In this document: piece after piece, positions 15,301 to 25,594 of the stretch
Layout of the letters: each line of letters begins with the position of its first letter
How positions within the stretch are numbered: position 1 is the stretch's first letter
NCBI GenBank assembly: GCA_037447605.1
Contig: CM074812.1
Location: forward strand, 2,232,001-2,296,000
Direction: 5' to 3'
DNA from: Zygnema circumcarinatum SAG 698-1b
Lineage: Eukaryota; Plantae; Zygnematophyceae
Length of the DNA: 64,000 bases
Made by a program: the position numbers and the translations under genes
Notes under the pieces: model-generated
What the model was told of the DNA's origin: nothing
What the model saw: only the letters and a program-made list of their open reading frames with translations
Databases searched by the model: none

Positions 15301-17153
15301 ACGACAAAGAGTGACGTGTACAGGTGAGTCGAGGCCAATGCAAACCACTTTGTGATTTTGTAATTCAGGGGCAGTTATGAAAGGAGGAACTGAAAAACGG
15401 ACTGGAAAGGTTGTAGATTTTTCTGGGCATGCTGATTGGTTGCACACGAGTGATTAGCATGGGATTGAATACTTCTGCGCATGAAGGACTATGCGCCGCA
15501 GATTTTGAATAACGAGTACACCTTGCACAAACATCTCGTTGAACAAGAGTAATGTCAGTTTCACTTCATCGTGCCGTAACAGCCTTCTGGATCAATTTGT
15601 TAAAATGTTATCGATCTCGATAAGTCATTGGATGCACCCCATAAAATCCTTATCCGATTGCATGGCTTCACCTTACAGGAATATATAGCGCTTAGGCACT
15701 ATGTTTGACCTTCCACTGGCTTTTTGAACGCGCCATAAGTTTTCAATAACACTTTTCAGTTGCTTATCCTCTTCAATGTCTTCCATTAACTTCGCATCTC
15801 TTCAATTCTGGGGTTGCCTCACGACCGATTGGCATCACTATGTTCTATCTTATGTGTTTGCTTTATATGATGTATCCTTACTACCTCAGGACAGTTTGTA
15901 TTCAACCAAGGATAGCTTCACTAGCTTCACTGGAATGAATGCCCTTCCTTGTGACTTGTGCAGCTTTGGTGTTGTGCTCCTCGAGCTCATCACTGGCCAG
16001 CCCGCCCTCATCAGGGACACGGACGAAGAAGAGGAGGAGATTTTGACTTCTTTGGCAAGCTGGGTAGGGCGTGTCAACCTATGCCCTGTTCCGGTTCTAG
16101 CGCTTGAAAAGCACTTCACTTGTAATAAAAGTCGTTGAGCCAAGCCACAAACGAATCTGTACAATGCGGCTTTCTCTAGCTTAATCGCATTCGTGGAAAA
16201 AGCCTAACAAGTTAGTGACATAAGCAATTTTGGGTGGAGCATGTTCGTCCTGTAAGCAGCTCACTGTTGCACCGGAATCGACTGCCCTTACCTTGTGTCA
16301 CTTGCAAGGATGTTGGCAGGCCATTGAGTCCAACATTCTCGTATCATAAGGACTTAGCTATAGCTCTTGGCAATGCACTGTCGCCTTGGAAAAATGTGGA
16401 GAAAGTGCTCGTCTTTCGAAACTGCATCTTATGTTTATGTTAACTTTATCAAGAGCATAGTGTTCCGCTCAACGAGATGTGTGAAGAGGTGATAGTGTTT
16501 GATATCCTCTGCTCATTAAGCTTGCGCATGGTCATGCCTATGAATTCCACAATGTTACATTGCGTTACGTTGCGATTAGGATCAGAGTCGAGCTTCCCTT
16601 AGTCAACTTACAAATAGCTTGGAGATGCGCCTTATTTCAGTCCATATGCTTACCTTCATCCAAAAAAAAGCTTGTTGGCTATCAGGTGAGTCGTTGTGCT
16701 TAGCATATTTTGACAATTATGGACTTTGTTGAGAATTTGAATTGAATATTGAATGTCACTGATTGAAGAATCGACTTTCTTCTCTTGCAGGCTCTACCAA
16801 AGATGGCAACTTCGCTGGGCCTCTCTGCCCTTGTAGACCCCAATCTTGAGGGAGAGTACCCCCTTGAGGCCATGCAGTCCTTCGCCAGCATCGCCGCATC
16901 CTGCCTTCAGAGGGTCTCCAAGTACCGTCCGGACATGGCGGATGTGGCAAGTGAACTGCGGTTGCTTCAGGCAAAGTTGAGGGCTATGGACGACGAGAGA
17001 AACGAAGAACAGGTGAACATGAAAATCTCAAACGTTCCCATTCCGATCAATGTTGATGACGGATCAGAAATGTCGAGAATATCCAACCAGAAAAGTGCAA
17101 TGGATGACGTACTTGCTCGAGTTCCTAAAGATAGCCTTATGATGGGACGGTAG
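349..17153 (+). CDS. LRR receptor-like Ser/Thr kinase (RD kinase), multi-exon, 5' end probably outside window
   Basis: GT-AG exons in phase 2, each encoding about one plant-type LRR: 349-495, 1012-1083, 1462-1533, 1789-1893, 2085-2156, 2541-2612, 2918-2992, 3314-3385, 3516-3584, 3877-3942, 4189-4257, 4794-4868, 5330-5398, 5835-5906, 6238-6306, 6542-6613, 7132-7197, 7889-7972, 8291-8362, 8741-8803, 8985-9053, 9511-9579, 9769-9837, 9963-10031, 10575-10646, 10921-(end uncertain), 11607-11678, 11877-11942, 12598-12666, 12832-12909. Example: [23 protein letters not shown]. Cap exon from 13031 (YQGNPGLL), Pro-rich 13490-13558, TM exon 13691-13807 ([23 protein letters not shown]). Kinase exons 13981-14198 (GSGGYG, AVKRAK), 14392-14524, 14815-14963 (HRDVKSEN), 15178-15323 ([13 protein letters not shown]), 15964-16063, 16791-17153 (stop). 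Confidence 0.93.
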
Positions 17154-17739
17154 GAAGTTCTTCTACTCGCTTACAGTGACTGATACTCAAGTAAAAATCA
17201 ATTGCATCAGAATCGCCGAAAATCTTGTTTTCATTGATGCAGAATCTATTGATTCTGGATTGATTGTCCTGAGCTTCATGACCTGATGGTTGTGCTTTCC
17301 ATCTAAATACAAAAAAATTGGTGAACTCAATTATTAAAAAATGCAATTTATTGTTTTGTTAAGTGAAGCTCGTTGTTAGAAGTGGAAGAGTGGCCGGTGA
17401 TTAAGAGAAAGAGAGAAGAGAAGGGTAGGGGGGAAGAGGGGGGTGGAAAGACTCAGGGGGGGTGAGAAAGGGAGAGGGAGGCGGATTTTTGAGAGGGAGG
17501 GAGGGAGGAAGGGAGCTAGCTAGCTAGCTAGCCAACCCCCGCCTTCCTCACCCGACCTCCCTTATGCATTCTCATTACGTATGACACATATTTTTAAAAA
17601 TTGAACAAAGGCGCGTCTGGGGACAAGAAGTATGTACAGATGTGGACTACGTCCAACAGGTTAGAAGCAGCAGCAAACCCTAGTAAAATTCAAATAATGC
17701 CCCGAACATGCGCTGAAATTACTCGGAAACAAGAGTCAC

Positions 17740-17925
17740 CTTGTCTAGCGTATCACCGCTTGGCTGTTCGCGGTCCATTTGCGAGGCGAGCACGTGGGAG
17801 GAACGGCTCGGCCGCGTGCAGGTCGCAGGGGGGGAAGGGGGAGAGGCGGGATCCAGGATTGCATGGAAGGGGAGGAGGGAGACGAGGAGGGCCGGGGCGA
17901 GGAGGGAGAGGGAGAGGCAGGACAT
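17740..17925 (-). CDS. Possible first exon of a small secreted protein (signal-peptide-like N terminus)
   Basis: ATG after a CT-rich leader, MSCLSLSLLAPALLVSLLPFHAILDPASPPSPP..., ending at donor AAG|gtgact. The same exon is open in the duplicate at 55676-55861. Downstream exon is uncertain (candidate 17276-17302). Confidence 0.3.
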
Positions 17926-17998
17926 GGCAGCTGGAGTGGAAGGGAGGGACGGAGAGAGGGAGAGAGAGGGGCAAAGACGTTAGCGGAGAGAACCAATA

Positions 17999-18687
17999 CA
18001 GTGGGGGGTCCTCATGTTTTCCACCCTGTACAGTGCGCTCCCAAGAAATTCGCCCCGATTTTGCCGAAACCACCTTTTTGTACGGTAACTCAATGTTAAC
18101 CGTACTATTCGTACTATTCGTACTATCCGTGCTATCCGTAGTATCCGTACTATTCGTACTATCCGTACTATCCGTACTATCTGTAGAATCTTCCCACAGG
18201 TGCCGCCGTAAGGGGCGCTCGCTCCTCTCCTCGTCTGCTCCATATACCATCCACATCAACCATCTACATGGCAAGCATATTGACTTCAAGAGGTGTTTTG
18301 ATATTGAGCGTCTTCCAAGTCGCACAAGGCACCCGTTTTGTTTCAATGCCGTGGAAGCCCGTCAACCCCCAGCCTAATATTAACTCACTCATTTATTTCA
18401 TCATGGGTGTGCTCTTCCACTATTGATAATTATAGCATCATCAATGAGACGAACAACGCGAAGAGCGGAAAACTACGTGTATGCGATACGATACGGCACG
18501 GTACGATAGATACTGAACGATACGATACGGTACGGTACGATATTGGACGATACGATACGTACGGACAAACATGAACTCTAACATGGTACTGAAAGCCTAT
18601 TGGTAACACGAACCTTATATTTGCAAAATCAATATTTTCGCCCCTTTTTGGCCAATACCATGGCGAAAATATGAGGACCCCCCACTG
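17999..18687. mobile_element. Non-autonomous TIR element (MITE), TA target duplication, Tc1/mariner-like ends
   Basis: TA|cagtggggggtcctcatgtttt ... aaaatatgaggaccccccactg|TA. Internal 9-bp (gtactatyc)n and (tacga)n arrays. Confidence 0.8.
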
Positions 18688-18689
18688 TA

Positions 18690-19316
18690 GTTTGAATTGA
18701 AGAAACTGTACGAATCAATAGCATGAATTGAAGAAACTGTACAAACCAATCGGGTTCATTGAAGTAACTGTACGAACCAATCGGGTGAATTGGAAGAAAC
18801 TGTAACCAATAGGGGGAGTCAGACCTTGACCATCGCCAAATCAAGGATATTTCTACTGCACCCCCGCGTTTTGGCTTTCGCACCCCCCTTTTGAAAAATT
18901 TGCCTGCCCGTTTTGGTTACCAAAAAGATTCCCTTCCAAAAGATTCAAAACAGGGGGAGGTAACCAAAACGGGCAGGAAATTTTTTTCAAAAGGGGGGTG
19001 CGAAAGCCAAACCGTGGGGGTGCAGTAGAATTCTCCCCAAATCAATTTCGTAAGCCTATCGTGCAAACTAAGCATTGTCTAGGTAGGCAGTTCCGTACGG
19101 CTGGGTACGGCAGAGCCACGGATCCCGACACGGAATTTGTACACGAAAGAAGTGACTTTTAGTACTGTATAAGGAATTCGGGAATTTCGTAAGCGATGGT
19201 CAAGGTCTGACTCCACCTAATACTGTAGGGTGAATTGGAAGAAACTGTACGAACCAATCACATGAATGTAGAAGCTGTACCAACCAATCGGGTGAATTGG
19301 AAGAAACTGTAACCAT
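18690..19316. repeat. ~30-31 bp minisatellite (aactgtacgaaccaatcgggtgaattggaaga), split by a MITE
   Basis: About 4 units at 18690-18810 and about 3 at 19225-19316. Confidence 0.75.
18812..19217. mobile_element. MITE with GGGGGAGTCAGACCTTGACCATCGC TIRs (TA-flanked), carrying a nested ~170-bp hairpin MITE (18856-19025)
   Basis: Inverted repeats at 18812 and 19217. Inner element TA|ctgcaccccc...gggggtgcag|TA with ~70-bp arms. Confidence 0.75.
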
Positions 19317-19318
19317 TA

Positions 19319-19613
19319 GGGGGTGTCAGACTTAACGAAATCTTACGAACAAAAAGGTTTTGTAAGTACTCCGCCGCACCAGGATTGCGATGTCACCGAA
19401 GTACTCGTTCTGGTCTCAAACTTACGAACAATTTTTAAGTCTGACACCCCCTAATAGGGGGTGTCAGACTTAAACAATTTCAGTACGCGTGTTCGTAAGT
19501 TTGACATCAGAACGAGTACTCCAGTATAATCGCGATCCTCCTGCGGCGGAGTACTTTCGTAACCTTTTTTTTCGTAACGCTTTTCGTAAGATTTTGTTAA
19601 GTCTGACACCCCC
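19319..19613. mobile_element. Two adjacent short MITEs with GGGGGTGTCAGACTTAA TIRs (19319-19451, 19457-19613)
   Basis: Each is bounded by ggggtgtcagacttaa ... ttaagtctgacacccc and flanked by TA. Confidence 0.75.
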
Positions 19614-20564
19614 TATAGCGTGAATAGGAAGAAACGTTTTATGGAGTTCGCGTTCTAAAAGGTTGCTACGCGTTCGAGGAATGACTTGTGAATGCACAAG
19701 GGGAAGGAAGGCAGGCAGGCAGGAGACGTGTACGGAAGGGCAAAAACGATCATAATGGGCAATTTTCAGTTTCAGTCCTAGTTTCAGATCCAGTTTCAAA
19801 GTCCGTCCAGTTGAAGATTTAGTTGGAGTTAAAATTTCCGTGGCAATTTCATTTCATTTTCACGATGCGCGGTTGCACGAGAAGAGCAGGACCTGGTCAA
19901 AGACGCGTGTCACAGAAACAATTTCCATGGTTTCGATCTCCGTAAGTTAAGGGCTGTAGTTCTTTGGGGAAAAGTGAGAGAGCAGAGCGGCAGAGCGTTG
20001 CCCTCTACCGGTACTGGTGTTTCGGATCCAGGCGTTGAGCTCTGGATTACCAACACAAGATTAGCCTTGTATTCAAAAGACTGAATTTGCTTTACCAATT
20101 CTAGCCAAGAGGGGGACGGAGGGAGGGGGGAGGGAGGGGGGAAGAGGGGGGAGGGAGGCAGGACAAACAATGTCTGAGCCATACGCTGCAGTACCATTTC
20201 CAGTTCCAGTACGGCAACAGCTACACAGACATTCATCAGCGTCCGTGAAAGGTCTACAGATTAAAAACAATCTCTTACCAATCCAGCAGCACCAGACAGG
20301 TTTAACTACCTCACTGGCAAGGGATGAGATGTTTGAAAGAATTAAATTAACTCATATGTGCTTGGCTTGCCCAGCCCCAGCCCCCCCCAGCTGGGGAATA
20401 CAATGTAGTTGACAACGTGACAGCAAGAAATTGCAGTGTGCGCCCATCATCAAAAACCTCCAAGTCGCCAAGTCAGAGCACGGAAAAGGCTCAACAGTTG
20501 AAGACCGCACTTGTACCTGACCATAGGGTTGCAGCCTGGCCATTTTACTCATATAAGACCCCTC

Positions 20565-23423
20565 CTAGACACATTTTGATGTAGTTTTAATACATATTTT
20601 ACCAGCACTTCCACAGGGAGTTGCGTAGGGGTTGCAGTTATTGTAATCGCCACCTATACAAGTGGCTTTAATCAGCGCATCGCACTTAAGGTTGACGTTC
20701 GTGAATAGAACGGGGCATAGTGACTTAGTGCAAAGTGAACCCCCAAAGGTTACTTCTAAGGCACTTGTGGCCAAACATACCTGAAATCAGGCACACAAGA
20801 AAAATAATGTAAAAAGCACCGCAATACACCATTAATCGTACAAATTCTCGCTTCCCAACAAGGCCAAATGAGAAGATATCGGAAATTTGACCAGAAGACA
20901 ATTAAATGAGGCTATCCAAAAACCTGCACATTTGGACGAGACTTGACGCGAAAAAACCCTGCAACAAGGTTTTGTTGCATGCAACTGGACTTAAAACAGT
21001 GTATCATCAGCACTGGGTTTCAGAGAGATGTAACATTCACCTCTTGACCAAAAATGGTTTCTGGGGTATTAGCAAGCTTCAAACGGCCGCAGTAGATACC
21101 GGGGTTCAGGTAAAAGAACGCTGCCGCATCACCTTCCAAGAGATTGTTTATGATGGTGTTGCAAGTTTCGTTGCTTTGAACTTTGTACAGCTTGGTGCAG
21201 GGCGAAAGGTCCATAAGTGGTCCCCCTTTCACGCAAACCTACATAAGGGCTTTTCCTTACAAGTCAGTTCGACCCATTTCTCGTGAAAGATGCACAAACA
21301 TCCATTAGGACACAAGCAACTCATATCTCCCTCTATACTTCGCTTCTGTCCTCTTTCTCTCCCTTCCTTCTCTCTCTCACTTATTTTTCTTGCATATATC
21401 TATTACATCAACAAAACTCTAAGCCATGGCACTCACCTGTTGAAACGGTTGAAGCTGTGCACAATCCAGATTAGGGTTCAGTGTACCAGGCCCCGAAATA
21501 TCTTCGTCTAGGTTGAACAAGGCCTTAATAGAGTCACACGTATCTGTCTGCATTGAGATTGCGGTATTTAAGGATATCAGCAGGTGTGGGATTTAAGAGA
21601 TTTTAACTCTCAGCAGTGTTGAAACCCAACCTGTGCTTGAGTACGACATTTTTAATTCACCTGACTAATTATGTTACTTTCATGTGCTCTGAAAAAATAC
21701 GTGAATGCCGCTTCTCTCCTCCACTGTCCTTTCCTGTCCATCCCCTCCGCCTACTCTCTCCCTCTGATTTCTCCCTTCATTGAAACCCAGCTCTGCCTCT
21801 CTCCGAGCTCTCGTACTCAATTCAAGATTTTACTTTCGGTTTTGTACTGCTCACCTCAGTTACAGAATAAGAAATGGAACAATTTCGCGCTGCCGTGACA
21901 TTTACAACAGTGAGTGCTGCAAGGGGTTCATCGCATTGCAGTCCCTGCAAACAGGAGAAAGCTTCATTATGTCAAGTAGATTTACTAGTTTAGTACATCC
22001 TTATCTAACGCTCACCGACTTATCAACGTCAACAATTATCATCATATGTCTACATTCTTGTTCACACCATAGACGCGGCTAGGGCATCAGCTGCTTGGAC
22101 TATCCCCGAATAGGGCAACGATTTTCCGATTATTTAAACCTTTTGCTTCTCTCAGGCGCAATACGGGAAGGAGGGCGGGGCTTCCTAAATAAAAAGGTTT
22201 GCAGGTTGTCTTTACTTACAGGGTTTTCCACTGCAAAGTCTTCCTCTAAGATGCCATATATGTTGTAGATGGTGGAGCATGTTAAGGAAACTCCAACTGG
22301 CACGGTGTAATATGATGTACTGGCATTCAGAAGAGAAGCTGCGCAATGAATACATGGCCTATCATCATCAGATTCTAAACATAAGTGCCTAACATAACCC
22401 ACTTCCTCCATTATATATATGTTGCATAGTTCAAAAATCTGATCAATGATGACTTTAGAACATTTTCCATCTATATTTTTTCCTACAAATCCGTGTCATG
22501 ATCCATCATCGCCACTATCGCCTTCTCCTCGCTAAAACTGCCTTCGCTGCACTGACGTCAGCCTCACATCTCGATCCTTCACTCAAGTTTCTCTCCCATT
22601 CGCTGCACTCTGACGTAAACTTAGGCATTTTCTATCCCCTCTTTCTTCCTTCATTACCCATCTCTCTCTCTCTCTCCCTCTTTCTGCTCTTCCTCACCTC
22701 TTCCTCACCATCCTCTTCCTTACCCATCTCTCTCTCTCTCTCTCTCTCTCCTCTCTGCTCTTCCTCGCCAGATCTCCAAAACAAATACCTGGAATGCAGG
22801 TGAGGGCTCCACCAATGGAGTCAGAGGCATATCCTATGGGGCAGACGCACATGTAGGTTCCCGGAAAATTCGTGGAGTTCAGACACGTGCCAACACCGCA
22901 GGGATTCCGTGATGTGAACGTGCAAGGTGATGCTGCTCAAGCAGTCAAAGACCAAAAAAAAAAGACAGTTCAATTTAAGTTTATCAACTTCTTAGAGAAT
23001 CCCGACCATTCTTTTATATGAGCTCTGCGGGTTTTCGGGTCAATCTTGAAAATCATGGGGATCTTATACATCCTGCACAATGTGTAACAACGTTTTCCTC
23101 CTGCATTCCGATGTTTCATAAAAAGATGGTGTTCAAGCCCTCAGATATTCAAATTGCCACAAAATTTAAATCTTCAAGAAGTCTAAGGACAGTAAATGTG
23201 GTAAAAGCAAAGTGGGAGATTTTATCACCTGGAGCACAAGTTTGTGTTCCATCTGTATTGTTTACTGCCAGAAATCCAGCGCTACAGTCGCACAAATTGA
23301 TCAGATTTGATGTTCCGTCCGCGGGAATGCATATGCCGTTTCCGCAGGGGTTCATGCTGCCCGGACCGTACTCTAAAGAAAGAACCTTGCTAGCATAATT
23401 TTCGGTATTACATGGATCGTTGA
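20565..23423 (-). CDS. Paralogous 3' half of the LRR-papain-EGF-LysM gene (EGF, EGF, LysM x3, Cys-rich tail); upstream exons lost at gap 23453
   Basis: Exons 23229-23423, 22789-22932/5, 22220-22338, 21855-21944, 21437-21547, 21041-21238, 20565-20780 (stop). Same sizes and intact splice sites as the copy at 56879-59817. Confidence 0.85.
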
Positions 23424-23474
23424 CTGCAATAGGAGGAGACGCGAGAGAGGGGNNNNNNNNNNAAGGGGGAGGGG

Positions 23475-24360
23475 GGAGGAGTGAATCAGGATTTAAGGTA
23501 CCATCGTTGAGGATTTTGGATCAGGGTACAGCGTGCACGGGATTCAACGATTAAGGTTTAGGATCGAAGGTTCAGGGTTTAAGATCAAGGAGAATGGTTC
23601 AGCGTTTAGGGTTCGAGATGAGTTGAAGGTTGGATTTAGAGGCTTGGATTTAGGAATTCTTGGGTGTACTGATTCCGGCTTAGGATTCAAGACTAGACTT
23701 CAGTGTTTGGTTGAAGGCTTAGAGGTCGATGGTTTAGTTAAAAATTCAGAGCTTCAAGGTCTAGGGTTTAGGACTAAGGGGGTACAGCGTGTAGGTTTTA
23801 AGGTTCGAGGATTTAAGGACTTATGCTTTAAAGGGGTAAAACTTACACTTGGATTCAACTTTTCAAGCTTTCAACGTTTCAAGTTTTTAAGGTTCTAAAG
23901 TCTTTTTATGTTTCACCGGTTCAAACATTTTAATCGCTCACAATAACAAAGGTTTAGAGTTTGAAATTTTACACTTTCCCTAAAAATTCGCGTTTTACGT
24001 TTAATGGGTTGAGGGATTTGAAATTAAGGGTTTAGGGTTTTTGAAGTGTCAATGTTTCATGACGTCGAGGTTTCAAGTTTTTAAGAAATGTCAAAATGTC
24101 AAACCCTAAAAGCGGACACCAGAGACCTCAATGCCCTAGCTATAGCCCCCCAAATATATTCCCAAAACAGCACTATCTCGAAAACACAACAAGCTTTAAA
24201 ACTGGAAAGAGATGAAGACAGTAGAAACTGAAAATTCCTACTTACTTTAAAATCCGTGTCCCTTAAACCCTAACTCTAAAACCTATACCCTACACCGTAA
24301 AAACTTCAAACCCTGAACCCCACACCTTCTATATCCACCCTAAACTCCTGTCTATTTTTA
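23475..24360. repeat. Degenerate TTTAGGG/CCCTAAA-like simple repeat tract, strand polarity switching near 24070-24100
   Basis: agggtttagg-like on + at 23475-24070; aaaccctaaa-like on + at 24100-24360. Confidence 0.6.
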
Positions 24361-24385
24361 GCCCTTGAAGCTTCCCTCTACTCAC

Positions 24386-25190
24386 CGTTGTCAGCGGCAG
24401 CCACCGGAAACTCTACGGCCGGTTGGTCGTCCCTGTAATCTTTCGCATCTGCTTCTTCCTCCTTCTCTCTCTCTCTCTCTTTCTCCCTCTCTCCCTCCTC
24501 CTCTACCTCCTGCTCTCCCTCCACAACTCCATCCTTCTCTCCCTCCACCACTCCTTCCACCACTCCCTCCATCACTCCATCCTTCTCTCCCTCTCCTATT
24601 CTCTCCAACCATCCCTCCACTCCCTCCTTCGCTCCCTCCACCTCCCCTTCCTTCGGACCCACCACCTCTCCCTCCTTCACTTCCTCCCTCGTCCCTGCCT
24701 CCTTCTCCACTCCCGAACCACTCTCCTTTACCTCCTCCCCTCCTCCTCCCTCTCCACCCCCTCGCTCTCCATTTTCAGTGTATCTCCCACCTTCCTTAGA
24801 AACCTCTCCCTCTCCTCCCCCTCCAACTTCTCCTCCCTCAGCCTGCCCTTCCTCTCCCACCCCTCCCCCTCCCCCTCCCCCTCCTCCCCCTCCCTCACCC
24901 CCTCCTCCTCCCCCTCCCCCTCCCTCTTCCGCTCCTTCCTGCCCTCCAGCAACCCCCTCCGCCTCCCCCAGCCCTGCCATTTCCATGCTCTGAGCCCCGT
25001 CCCCCGCCCGCCCCCCTCCGCCCCCATCCATCAGCCGCAGCGCCAGCACGGTCACGGCGCAGGTCACAAGCGCGGCGACCAGCAACGTGCGCGCCGCGAC
25101 CCAGCCCTGCGCCGCCCGCCCGCCCGCGCCCCCCTCCCGGACCTGCTCGTACACGCCCAGCGAGAGCGTGCCGCGCCGCGTGGGAGCCAT
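24386..25190 (-). CDS. First exon of a putative type-II membrane protein with Gly/Glu-rich stem (function unknown)
   Basis: MAPTRRG...TLLVAALVTCAVTVLALRL (single hydrophobic segment), acidic low-complexity stem, donor G|gtgagt at 24385. Later exons not seen before gap 23453. Confidence 0.55.
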
Positions 25191-25594
25191 GGCCCGACCT
25201 CCGCGGCTCCTTCCGCCACTGCACCGGGAAGGGGAGTGGTGGAGGGGGCCCTCAAGGAGGGATATATCGTAAAAATACGATACGATACGAAATATACGAC
25301 ACGATACCACACTCTACGATACGCTATTGATATCGGATTTTGGAGTGCCCGGAAGATTCGGCTAGATTGTGGGAATCGCCCTAATTTTGCCAAAACCACT
25401 TTTTTGTACGGTAAGGATGTGTTAACCGTACTAGCCGTACTGAAAGTACTAGCCGTACTGTACTAGACTTACGAACCGTACTAGCCGTATTGACCGTACC
25501 GTACTAGCCTTAACATCCGTACTAGCCGTACTAGCCGTTCTGTACTTGGCTTACTAGCCGTACTAGCTGTACTAGCCGTTAAGGGCTCAACGAC

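Noticed and set aside
17601-18377. 258-aa + strand ORF (and 197-aa - strand ORF)
   Set aside because: Spans GA-rich sequence and a MITE with 9-bp repeats, and is not preserved in the duplicate lacking the MITE.
18690-19316. CRISPR-like array of ~30-bp repeats
   Set aside because: Units abut with no unique spacers, the context is eukaryotic and there are no cas genes; it is a minisatellite.
24365-25466. Long Pro/Leu/Ser-rich ORFs on + (24365-24799, 24423-25466)
   Set aside because: Antisense shadows of the purine-rich stem exon; stop-poor low-complexity sequence.
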